From Malacoraja senta (taxonomy: Eukaryota), in assembly GCA_038087875.1 (NCBI GenBank), contig CM075988.1:17610001-17674000 (forward strand): a stretch of 64,000 nt of DNA, written 5' to 3'. A model generated the notes under the pieces. That model was not told where the DNA came from and made no database searches. It saw only the letters and a list, made by a program, of their open reading frames with translations. Positions 39,225-51,004 of the stretch are shown piece by piece. Position 1 is the stretch's first letter, and each line of letters begins with the position of its first letter. The position numbers were made by a program, and so were the translations under genes.

Positions 39225-41975
39225 CAGGGGTGTCAAACTAATTTTAGGTCACGGGACAGAATGGGCAAAATGTGACTACATGCAGGCCGGATCAGTTGTG
39301 CACACGCGTGATCCCACAGCTTTGTTTTTTCTTCGTTGCCTTCGTTTTTTCAACCTGCTCTCATGTATCTCGGTATCTGCTACAGCTACAAAGTGTTTCA
39401 CTTTACGAATTTTGGGTCTTGTGAAGAAGATTGCCTAGCAAGCATTACTTTTATGATTGGTATTAACTTTGGCTACAAGAAAGTTGTGATGAGAGAGAGA
39501 AAAAACAATGCTATTTTTGGCTGAATGTTTCGGGAGCCACACCCTTTCCATTAATAGATCATTTGAAATCGAACATTAGCAGACACAAATGTTGACAAAT
39601 TGTCAATGTAGGCTACACAACTGCACCTAATTTTTATTAGCCTGCTTCCCGCAATCAAACTCAGACAATGAACACAGTTAGCCTCTAAATTTTATTGAAG
39701 TGATCACATTTACAATAATAGAATAGTCAGAAAATGAATGAATCACAATACTATGACACTCAATAATTCATAATGCATTTTGCTTACATGTCGCAGTGTA
39801 TCGAACAGTGTCAGTCATTTTTCACATGCTGCTTCCAGACACCCGACATCTCTTGGCTTTAACCAGCTTGTCAACATCAGGGACCAGTTTCTGGGTAGTT
39901 GTGATTTTCATAATGTAATTTAGATGTCTTTGTGTCAGTTGCGAGCGCAGTTTGGATTTGTTCATGTTCATTATGGAGAACGCCTGCTCACAGAGATATG
40001 TTGTCCCGAACATACAAAGGATCTTTGAAGCAAAGTCTGTTATCTTGGCGTACATCGGTCCCAGGTATCGCTAGAACGAGTCCAGACCCACAGTCTCAAA
40101 TTTATATTTCAAAGCCGAGTTACACAAACTTCAATCAGTTCCTCCGACACATCTGATGCTGGGTTGACGGCAAACGGCGAGCAAAGTAGTGAGAATTCCT
40201 TCTCGAGCTGAGTGAAGACTTGGAAACGATTCTGAAACTCACTTTTCAGCTGTGATATTTTGTCCTTGTACCTGTCCATGTTGTTATTATTCCCATGAGC
40301 GACACGCACAGACTGCAAAGAGGGGAAATGAGCTGGGTTGCTCCAGGATAGTTGCATCTCCCACAGGCCTAATTTAATTTGAAAGGCACGAATGCTGTCG
40401 TAGTATTCGTAACAAGTTTGTAGTGGCCTTGCATGTTCACATTAAGCACATTTAAGTGCTCTGTTGTATCCACCAAAAATGCATGGTCATGAAGCCTGTC
40501 TGGGTCATCCAAATCTGCCACTGGCTTCCCTTTCTCGTTCATGAATAGTCCAATTTCCGCATGTAATTGAAAAAAAATGTTTGAGCATAACCCCTCTGCT
40601 CAACCAGCAGACTTCACTGTGGTAGGGTAGGCCGTGTCCAGTATTACTTTCGGACAAATGGGGGCAAATTGCCGATGGTTGAGTCCCTTGGCTACATCCA
40701 TTTTGAGGTTCCTGCTACATAACGCCTCTTGGTGTATAATCCAATGAGAATTCCAGAATTCCTGCTCTGGATTCTCTGTCTGAACTTTCTCTCTGAGATT
40801 CGCAACAACACCTGCCGTTTTCCCGACCATGAGCGGTGAGCCATCTGTTGCCACGCTGACAGCGTGACTCCAGTCAACCCCCAGTCTGTTCAAGGCCTCG
40901 ACGAGGCTGGAGAAAACGTTGTTCACCGTTGTGATGTTTGTCATGGGCACCATCTCCACAAACTCCTCGGTGACGGTCAAAGATGCATCAACACCACAAA
41001 TAAATATTCCCAATTGAGCTACATTAGTCACATGGGTGCTCTCATTAATTGCAATAGAGAAGGCAATAAATGACTTCACTTTGTCTTTTCGTTGACTGTT
41101 CAAATCTCCTGCAAGGTCCCCGATTCTCTCTGCCACAATATTTCTTGACAAGCTGATTTTACCAAAAGCCTGTCTCTTCTCAGGGCACACCAGCTCAGCC
41201 GCCGTCAGCATGCATGCTTTGATAAATTCCCCCTCTGAGTATGGCTTTGACGCAGCAGCTATTTTGTTGGCAATAATATAGCTGGCCTTGACAGCTCCAT
41301 CATGAGTCTCTCGACCTTTGATGAACACTGATTGCTGTTTTTTCAGAGCTGCTTCAAACTCGTTTACCTTTTGCGTTCTGAGTCGTCCTGGGTACTTGTC
41401 ATATTTATCTCCGTGTGACGTCTCATGGTGTCGTTTGATATTGTACTCTTTTGCCACAGCCACTTGTTGCGAGCATATCAGACACACAGGTTTGCCGTTG
41501 ACATCATAGAAAAAAAACAGATCTTTCCAATTTTCGTTGAATATTCCGACCTTCGATGTCAACTTTTCTTTTCTTGGAAAGCATTTTGAACCACAGCAGC
41601 AAACAGTCTCAGCCTTGCTACAGGTGTTACTTACCCGAGTACTCTGTGTGTTTATACTGTGTCTGACGACGTAAGTGGGGCCTAGTGGTCTTCAGTGCAG
41701 GGTGGTAGGTGCTTATGCACAGCGGGTAGTTAACTGCCGCCTATTGTTTTCTAAGTACACACAACAAGCTGCTTGCGCAGCAGGCGGCACAGACAGCGGT
41801 GGGAGAGAGCGCGTCAAGGGAGAGAGAGCGGCGAGGGAGAGAGAGCGGCTGCCGTACAGATACATAGTAAATGGTCGTGAATATACTTATTTTTCCCCCT
41901 AAATCATCCCGCGGGCCGGATTGGACCCCTTCGCGGGCCGGATGCAGCCCGCGGGCCAGTAGTTTGACACCCCTG
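39225..41975 (-). mobile_element. hAT DNA transposon (Charlie/Buster-like, GTF2IRD2-related), full length 2751 bp
   Basis: 16-bp perfect TIRs CAGGGGTGTCAAACTA (39225-39240 and 41960-41975), 8-bp TSD CTTTAAAG on both sides, and subterminal GCGGGCC repeats. Confidence 0.93.
39822..41584 (-). pseudogene. Decayed hAT transposase
   Basis: Start MLSKKRKVD at 41584. BED-like finger CLIC...NIKRHHET.H, FSIAINESTH (catalytic D replaced by N), ATDGSP.M.G and MFGTTYLCEQAFS.M. Several frameshifts. Confidence 0.88.
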
Positions 41976-42324
41976 CTTTAAAGAATGAATATAACTTGAC
42001 ATACTTCAATAAATTTGCAGAAAGACACATGGCGTGGTTTTAATTTTAAGTGGCATAACTATAGTGAAAATTAGTTCTACAGTTTTGAAAGGCTTTCTCA
42101 TAATCTCATGGAAAATACCATTTATGTCTTTCATTTTTTTTTAAATCCCTGTATCACATAATATGTCACCATTTGGTCAATTGGCCTATGATCCCACTGC
42201 AATCCATTCTCAAAATTCTCTTATTTTGACTTAACTGGGAAGGTAAAGAAGGATATACTGAACATGACTGCGTGATGCAAATTCCTCAACTTGAAGGCAG
42301 AATCTCCTATATCTCATTTACTTA

Positions 42325-42485
42325 TCGAGTCCACATCACAAGATTAGAAATTGTTCAGCCAGAGCTGAACATACTTCTCGGCATCTGCAGACAATGGCGT
42401 CTTGCGCTTCTTGTGCTTCTTGTGCGTAGTGGTGGAAAGATTGGTGGAAACAGGGCCGTGACGTGAACGCTCTTTCCTTTACCCC
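42325..42485 (-). mobile_element. Short non-autonomous retroposon, family B, copy 2 (5' HDV-like ribozyme)
   Basis: 8-bp TSD TTTACTTA at 42317-42324 and 42486-42493, with the tail overlapping the TSD. Near-identical to 12845-13012. Confidence 0.78.
42434..42485 (-). ncRNA. HDV-like ribozyme fold (degenerate)
   Basis: GGGGUA-AA-GGAAAGA-GCG-UUCACGU-CAC-GGCCCU-G-UUUCCA-CCAA-UCUUUCC. Confidence 0.58.
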
Positions 42486-44210
42486 TTTACTTAGAGTAAA
42501 ACTTTTTGGTATAAAGATATAACCTACTTTTAAACACAGCTTTCTGCAAAATGGTCTTACAATCTGTCTAATTATTTTTAATATCAATTCTAACTATTAA
42601 AATTCCCCTAATGGGATAGGTGATTCTTTTCTTGTCCAATGACATTCCTGTCATACTCTACCGTACCTAACAATGAGAGCTCTAATAGTGGAGAGCCTAC
42701 AGACAGCTATGAAGCCTGGGTTTTACATTGGATGTTACATTCACCACAAAATATGTAGCTGAGTCCTACTGCTAGGTCAGTTCAAAAGTCACAGTTCCCG
42801 TTGAACTACATATGTTACCTCTGATCATGATATTCTGCAGCTGGTAGGAGTAAAGACTGTAGTTTCTCCTACAGCCAGGTCTCCCCTAGGTGGCGCCACC
42901 ATTCCACTTCTTCACAGGTTGAACAAAGATCATACAACATGTAAACTTAACACTTTATCCATTGCTCCTCATTTGCTCCCATGTAATTCCTGGCTCGCCT
43001 TAGTCCTCTGATCAGGAGCGGTCACTTCTGCATGGATGAATATCACATTACACGTAAGTACTTTTAGAAACCTACAAAGTGCAGACATCCCAACTGAACA
43101 CAAACATTTGTCCAGCTATTAATTCATTTCTTGGATGATTTTGTCACTGCCAATAACAGCATTTATTGCCTATCTCTAAATTTCCTATGAACTGGGTGGC
43201 TTTTAGGGCCATGGATCAATACATAATGTAAGGGCTGAATAAGGATGGCGGATTTCCCTGCTTGAAGGACTTGGCCCTAGTTTTGTGTCTGAAAAAGGGT
43301 CCCGACGTAAAACATCACCTATCCGTGTTCTACAGAGATTCTGCCTGACCCACCAAGTAACTCCAGCACCTTGTGCCTTTTTTTGTGAATTAGCATCTGC
43401 AATTCCTTGTAGCCCGGGTTTACGTTGGCTCTCAAATGAAAGTTATTTTTGACACACTGGGAATTCCAATTTTCTTCACCAACTCTGGTTTTGCTTGACT
43501 ATTGGTGTATTTAGGTGTGTGCCTAATGTCCAAGAATCCTGAGCAAAAATGTTTGGTCCCATCTCACAAATGTCACAACCTAACCAGAAATGGACACAAG
43601 CATAAAGTACTAAAAAATGTATGTTACATGTACTTGTAAATTTATGTACAGAATGCTCTGTTAAATTTATTTTCAATCGCAATGGGAAAAAAAGTGCTAT
43701 GCAATCCTTTTTTTCCCCTGTGTTTATTCTTTGCAAGGGACATTTTTTTAAAAACTATGATTCAATCATTTCATTGTTACCATTACCAATAGTAGTAATT
43801 TTAAATTACAGATTTATGTTCCGGGATCATTACTCTAACTATTTGCCAAGAAACCCGAGTACACTGCTACTACCCAAAGTGTTTCTCACACAATGGAAGA
43901 CCTAGCACCTAATTTTGTGTCTCAAAATCATATATTCAATAAGTAGCCTTGCAGTTACGGTTGGTAGACAAAAATGCTGGAGAAACTCAGCGGGTGAGGC
44001 AGTATCTATGGAGCGTAGGAAATAGGCAACGTTTCGGGTCGAGACCCTTCTTGCAGTTACTGTTGTCAGCCCCTCTAACCTTTCCCCTTATTCAATCTGA
44101 TCACTGCTGATCTACTCCAGGCCTCAACTCCTTCTCTCTGACAGATCTCCTCAATACCCCAAATATATTTATCCAGCTTCACTGTAAATAATTCTAATGA
44201 ACCAGCCTTA

Positions 44211-45450
44211 CCAGCTTTGCCTACCGGACCAACAGGTCTACAGAGGACGCCATATCGGCGGCCCTACACTCTGCCCTGACCCACCTGGACAGCAATAACA
44301 CCTACATCAGGTTGCTGTTCATTGATTTCAGCTCCGCCTTTAACACTGTCATCCCCGCTAGCTTGATCACCAAACTCAGTGGACTTGGCATCTCCACCTC
44401 CCTCTGCAATTGGACACTGGATTGCCTCACCAACAGACCACAGTATGTTAGGGTCAACAACCTCACCTCCTCCACTATAACACTGAACACCAGCGTGCCA
44501 CAGGGCTGTGTGCTCAGCCCTCTCCTCTGCTCCCTCTTCACCCATGACTGCATCCCTAAGAATGGCTCCAACGCCATCATTAAATTTGCCGACGACACCA
44601 CGGTGGTAGGACTGATCAGTGACAATGACGAGTCAGCCTACAGGGAGGAGGTCCAGCACCTGGCAGCCTGGTGTGCCAACAATAACCTCGTCCTCAACTC
44701 CAAGAAGACGAAGGAAATTATTGTTGACTTCAGGAAGAACAGAGGGGCAGACATACCCCCATCCATATAAACGGGACTGAGGTGGAGCGCGGTCTCCAAC
44801 TACAAATTCCTCGGGGTACACATCTCGGAGGATCTGTCCTGGTCCCTCAATACCTCCAAACTGATCAAAAAGGCGCAGCTGCGCCTTTACTTCCTGAGGA
44901 GGCTCAAGAAAGCTCACCTGTCCCCCCAGATCCTGACCAACTTTTACCGCTGTACCATCGAAAGCATCCTGACCACCTGCATCACGGTATGGTACAGCAG
45001 TTGCACGGTAGCTGACAGGAAGGCACTACAACGGGTGGTGAAAACCGCTCAGTACATCATCGGTGCCCCGCTCCCTGCAGTGGATGCCCTCCACCGAAAA
45101 CGGTGTCTGAGACGGGCCGGGAAGATCATCAAGGACTCCTCCCACCCTAACCATGGACTTTTGCCCTCCTCCCATCAGGGAGGCGGTACAGAAGCCTCAG
45201 GTCTCGTACAAGTAGGATGAGGAACAGCTTCTTCAACAACACTATCACATTGCTGAACTCGGAGTCCCGCCGATAGATTTCTCCAGTCTCTCCGTCCACA
45301 TTGTTTGCTTATTCTGTATTTTTATTCTGTATATTATTCTTATTCTGTATTTTTATTTCTATATTGCACTATTACTAGGAACAGACGCTAAACTGCATTT
45401 CATTGTACCCATACTTGTATCTGTGCAATGACAATAAAGTTGAATTGAAT
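44211..45450 (+). mobile_element. Young 5'-truncated Rex1/Babar LINE
   Basis: [44 protein letters not shown] and LRLYFLRRLKK. A few frameshifts. 3' AATAAA plus (TTGAA)n tail. Confidence 0.9.
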
Positions 45451-46978
45451 TACAGTAATGTTGGAATCAACAACAATTAAATGAATGCTCTGTTAAGAGA
45501 CCAGAGAAAATGTTTTTCTTCTGTAATAAACTTTTGGGCATGTATCTCTGCGACAATGTCCCATAGATTCTGCATTGTACCAAAGACAGAGTATATATTT
45601 TGCACAATCTGTTGAGTCTTTCACTTTATGCGTACACCAGATTTTGTTTTAACTTGCAATCAAATAATGATGAACTCTCCTGGGTCAAATCCCTTATTAA
45701 GGTCATTGTTTGTAGGTTAATCCATTTTATCTGAATGTGCTTTCAGTTTGATTATGTAAATTAAACATTTTTGGCACAATGAACTTGATTTTATCAGCTC
45801 TGCACTGCAATGTCCTCTTAAATGAAGCATGTGATTGGCAAGTTCAGTAGGCTGCTTTAAACTGTATCCATCGGGGAAAAAAACACAACTAGGTTTCACA
45901 GATATCGATGGAGGGTGTGGAAGTGCATTGGTTTGTTACTGTTGTTTAAAGACACGAGTTCAAACTCGTGTCTCGATCAGCTGAGAGGCTTTAGCTGAAG
46001 GAAGAATAGAAAAGCAAAATATTGTTTGAAATATAACCTGAAGAAGAGTCCCGGTCTAAAACATTGATTGTCCATTCCCTCCACAGATGCCGTCTTACCC
46101 ACTGAGTACTCCAGTGCTCTGTTTATTCCTTAAAATATTATTAAAATAGAGAGACTACAATATGGTGTTCCAGAGAAGGATCTGAATGTCCTTATATAGG
46201 AAACACAAAATTAATATGCAGGTAGGCCAAGTAGTTAGGGAGACAAAAAGAGGAGTAAAGTATAGAAGTCTTGCTGCCAGACCATTGGGAAGATCTTACC
46301 TGGAGTACATAGAGCAGTACTTCACAGGAACAGGCCTCTGGTCTCAGGTTTGTGTGACCATCATGCTAAATTAAGTTCACCCCACCTGCCTGCATGTGCT
46401 CCCTATCCCTCCATTCTGTGCCTGTTCTCCCTCTATTCTCTACCTGTTCATGTGTCTGCATATATGCATCTTAAACATTGCTATTGCATCTGGATCTACC
46501 ACCTTCTCCAGCAGCACTTTCCAGGCGACTGCCACTGTCCATGTAAAAAAAAAGCCTCCTAAATCTCCTTTAAACTTACCCTCTTCTCTCACCTTAAACC
46601 TATGCCCCTTTTTTTCACAATCACTCCAGGAAAAATCTCTACTTACCCTATCTATGCCTCATAATTTTACATATTTCTGTCAGATTGCCTCTTCAGCCTC
46701 TGACACTCCAAAATGAAACAGTTCAAGTTTGGCCAATCTCTCCTTATAGTTATTACTCTCTAATCTAGGCAACGTCCAAGTGTGACTCTTCTGCCCCCTC
46801 TCCAAAGCCTCCACATCCTTTGTGTAATGTGGTGACCAGGAACTGCAGACCATGCTCCAAATGAATCTGTACTAAAGCTTTATGCAGAAGGTCCCATGTG
46901 TTTTCATCTTGTGCATCAGTCTAGAATAAGAGACCTTTGTCAAATGCTTCAATGAAGTCTATACAGACAATATCCACT

Positions 46979-47116
46979 TCTTCTTCTTCTTGCATATGGC
47001 GTGCACAGCCTAAAGTTGTAGGTCAACTTGTTCTATTTGATCTTGTTTGTGCACGTCGGGTTGATTGCATCAGTCGAAACAGGGTGGACCACGTGAAGGT
47101 TGCAATCTCCCACCCC
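46979..47116 (-). mobile_element. 138-bp non-autonomous retroposon, family A (5' HDV-like ribozyme, (AAG)n tail)
   Basis: 12-bp TSD ACAATATCCACT at 46967-46978 and 47117-47128. The minus strand ends ...GCCATATGCAAGAAGAAGAAGA. Confidence 0.88.
47063..47116 (-). ncRNA. HDV-like self-cleaving ribozyme (54 nt, minimal P4)
   Basis: P1 GGGGUGG/CCACCCU with a G1-U wobble, P2 GAUUGCA/UGCAAUC, P3 ACC/GGU, L3 UUCACGU, and J4/2 CUGA with the putative catalytic C at 47073. Confidence 0.75.
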
Positions 47117-48648
47117 ACAATATCCACTGACCTAACCTCAAAAATCATCTTTATGGCTTTCTCAAAAAGCTCAATCAATCTTGGAAGACATGACCTCCAC
47201 CACACAAAACCATGCTGACCCTCCCAAATAAGTCAATGCTTTTCCAAATGTGAGTAAATCCTACCGCTAAGAATCTTCTCCAATAATTTCCTCACCAGTG
47301 ATGTATGGTGTACTCGCCTATAATTTCCTGGTTTGTCCCTCTTCTTAGATAAAAGAACAACACTGGCTACTTTGCAATCCTCTGGGATCTCACTACAGAG
47401 GATACAAAGATCTTTGTCAAGACTGCAGCAATTTCCTCTCTTGCCTCGCTCAATAGCATGGAATAGATCCTATTGGGCAATGAGGACATATACACCTGGA
47501 TGTTCTTCAAGAGATCGAAGTTACCTCCTTCTTGATATCAACATGCACTAAAACATTAACACCCCCCCCCCCCCTATCCCTGATATCGTAATCCTACGTA
47601 GAACAATACAGCACCGGAACATGCCCTTCGGCCCACAATGTCTGTTCCGAACATGATGCCAAGTTCAACCAATCATGTCTTCCTGCACATGATCCATATC
47701 TCTCCATTCCCTGCATATCCATTTAAAAGCCTCTTATATGCCACTATTACAGCTGCCTCCACCAGGCACTCACCACTCTATGTGTATGAAACTTGCTTCA
47801 CATATCTCTTTAGACTTTAGAAATACAGTGTGGAAACGGAATTGGGAACATCATCAGCAAAATGCTCCCCCACTGAAACTTCAATCTCCTGCCTCTGCTA
47901 GTTTCCCAGCACTAAGCCTAGCATTGCTCCTTCCCAGGTTGACTATGCACATATTTTTTTCAAGAAGCTTTCCTCAAAGCACCTAAAAAATGCTGCCCAA
48001 TAAATGAAAAATCCCAGTTCCCCAGCAAAATGAAATCCCAGTTAACACTGAAAGAAGTAAACTCACTGACCACTATAACCCTGAGACATTGTTCCATGGT
48101 CTGCCAACATATCAGTTCCTCTATCTCTACAACTTTGTTCACCTTAAAGAATATTTTTGCATCCACTAGATCAATTAGATTGATTCATTATATACCTTGA
48201 AGAAAGGTTGAACATGTTAGGTCATTTTTCATCGGACCTTAGAAGAATGTGATCATCTTAAGTTAAAAAATTTTGAGATGGCTTGACACAGTAAAAAAAA
48301 GGTTCACTTTATGGAGCAATGTAGAATTAGGCAGAGAAAGATACAAAATGCTGGAGTAACTCTGCGGGACAGGCAACCTCTCCAGATAACATAGAGAGGT
48401 GACGTTTCGGGTCAGTACCTTTCTTCAGACTGAAGAAGTCTCCCAACCTGAAATGTCACCTATCCATGTTCTCCCAAGATGCTGCCTGACCTGTTGAGTT
48501 GCTACAGCAATTTGTGTCTTTTTTTGTAAACCAGCAACTGCAGTTCTTTGTGTCTCCGTAGGATTGCTTTAGAACAATGGATTGAGAAAACTAGATGCTT
48601 GGAATGTGAAATTAATGAGGTTTTCAAAATACTTCAATGACCATTTAA

Positions 48649-48848
48649 NNNNNNNNNNNNNNNNNNNNNNNNNNNNNNNNNNNNNNNNNNNNNNNNNNNN
48701 NNNNNNNNNNNNNNNNNNNNNNNNNNNNNNNNNNNNNNNNNNNNNNNNNNNNNNNNNNNNNNNNNNNNNNNNNNNNNNNNNNNNNNNNNNNNNNNNNNNN
48801 NNNNNNNNNNNNNNNNNNNNNNNNNNNNNNNNNNNNNNNNNNNNNNNN
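48649..48848. other. Assembly gap (200 N)
   Basis: Run of exactly 200 N. Confidence 1.
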
Positions 48849-49309
48849 AGAGAAGGAATTTCTTCTCTGAGAGGTTTGTGAATGCTTCAATTTTCCTACC
48901 TCAGAATTACAAAGGCAGAGTCACTGAACATATTCAAGGCTGAAATAGAAAGGGAGTCAATCGAGAATCGAGGGTTATAGGTGGCCTAAGGTCAGGACAA
49001 GATCAGCTATGATCTTACTGAATGGAATAGCAGACTTGAGGGGCCATGTGGATGCTCCTGTACTTAGTACTTCTGTTCTCAATTGAACAGATGAATTAAA
49101 TATGCAGTAAAATGCTAGGATCAGCAATAGTTACCACAAAATTGATAACCTGTTATTATTGACCAATGGAAAGCACAACGTGTTGGAAGAATTCAGTGCG
49201 ACAAGTAGTATTTGTGGAGGGAAATGACCAGGTGACTGAAGAAAGGTTCAAAACACCATCTCTGTATTCCCTTCGCAGATGTTGCCTTACGCACTGAGGT
49301 ACTCAAATA

Positions 49310-50594
49310 CGAGAGAGGGAGAGAGAGAGGGGGAGGGGGAGGGGGAGAGGGAGGGGGAGGGAGAGGGGGAGGGAGAGGGAGAGGGAGAGAAAAGAGATTA
49401 ATTCATGGTAGATTGAGGTACTTTGTTCTTAAATATTAAAAACCATTCTCATGTGCTGCCACAAGACGCTAAGTGCTTGAAAATATATGAAAACTTCTCG
49501 ATCTGTTTTTGTGAATATTTGCAACAGTGCATGTGTGTACTTATATGCTTCGAGGCAGAAGAGGGGAGAGATCAAAAAAGGAAGAACACTCAACATTCAT
49601 CCCACACTATCTGCCCTCACCTTCCAGTCTTCCCCTCTCCTCACTGTGTTCCACCTGGTCAGATTTCCCAGTGCGATCTCCTTTCTTACCCCGCTTACCC
49701 CGTCTCCTCTGTCACTGTGGGTTTCTTCCTCAATCGTTTTCCCCATCCCAAATCTCTTCTCCTCGGACCTCTCCTCATCCCATGGAAAGCCAACAATTTC
49801 ACTCCTCCTTCCCGCTCCCTTCCTTCTTCACAGCCATCTCATCTATCAACTCTTTGTACTTCCATTTGACCACATCTCCCATCCCTACCCATTTCCACTC
49901 CTTGCCTCTGCCCTCCCCTTCTGCCTACCCTTGCCCCCGCCTCTGCCTACCCCTCCCCATGCTTCCTGCTCATGCCCCCCATTCATCTGCCCCTACACCT
50001 TTGCCTACCCTTGCCACCCCCCGCTGCCCAGACCCCCGCCTGGCACTCTGCCTCCGTTCCCTCCTCTCGACCTGCTCCCACCCCTCTACCTACTTTTGCC
50101 CCTGCCCCCCAATACCAGCCTGCCTGCCTGATCGCCCACCATCTGCCCCTTCCCCTCTGCCTACCCTTGCACCCCCCCCGCCTCCCCCTCTGCCTGCCCC
50201 CCTCCTCCGCCTTGCACCTCTGTCCCACTGCCTACCCTTGCCCCTGCCTCCTGCTCACCATTTCCCAGCCTACCTCTGCCCCCCCCCACTACCCCATGCC
50301 TCCACTGCCCTGTCTCCCTGCCCTTGCCCCCACCCCCTGCTCATGTCCCCTTCTCTGCCCCCGCCCCTCTGCCTACCCCAACCCTTGTATCCTGCTCATG
50401 CCCCCCCGGCCTGCCCTTACCCCCCCCCCCCCTCCCTCCCTCACTGCCTACCCTTCCTCTTGCCCCCGCCCTTCAGCCCATGCCCAACCCCTCCCCCTCT
50501 CTGCCTGTCCCTTCCCCCCCCTCCTCGGCCTGCTTCTGGCCCATACCCCCCACTGCCTACCCTTTGCCCCTGCCTCCTCCCCCCCCCCCCCCCC
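49310..50594. repeat. Low-complexity GA tract (49310-49395) and ~1 kb C-rich degenerate minisatellite upstream of SIK2
   Basis: Repeated CTGCCTACCCTTGCCCC-like units and poly-C runs. Confidence 0.85.
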
Positions 50595-51004
50595 GCGTAG
50601 CCTGTGTGGCTGTGGCTGGGCGGGCGGGCAGCCGCTGTGACGCAGGCGGAGCTGGGGTTGCCATGGCGCCGGGCTGGCAGGAGGCGCGGGCCCAGGCCCA
50701 GGCCCGCCTTCTGCACACATCAGCCCCAGCTCGCACGTCAATGTGCGTCAGCCGGGATAACATGATGCCTCCTGCAACGGCCGGCACCTTATAGCTTTTT
50801 TTTTTAATTTCCCTTTTGTTGTCTCCGAGGCCGGTGAGATTGCGCTCCCCTCCCCTCCCCTCCCCTCATCCCTGCCAGACCCTCCCGATCAGACGACTCC
50901 CGCTTCCCGCGGCCCACGGCTCCCGTCCTCACCCCTCACCTCCGGGGAGAAGGCGGAATGAACTTGTTTCCCAGCGTGTAGTTGCCTCCTCGCCCGGCCC
51001 CAGC
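50595..51004 (+). promoter_or_regulatory. CpG-rich promoter and 5' UTR of SIK2
   Basis: High CpG density, GC boxes, half-CREs (TGACG 50638, CGTCA 50736 and 50746) and an X-box-like GTTGCCATGGCGCC (50657-50670). Confidence 0.65.

Larger units (their letters stand above)
46680..47550 (-). mobile_element. Old CR1 LINE remnant hosting the 46979-47116 insertion
   Basis: The minus strand reads RSCL..LIELFE....VDI|VCIDFIEAFDK, continuous across the insertion. Confidence 0.65.

Noticed and set aside
45951..45972. Perfect 10-bp stem hairpin GACACGAGTT-CA-AACTCGTGTC
   Set aside because: Isolated and too short for a pre-miRNA, with no supporting context.
49423..50794. Long Pro/Leu-rich ORFs (up to 357 aa)
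   Set aside because: They arise from a C-rich low-complexity tract that lacks stop codons in several frames.
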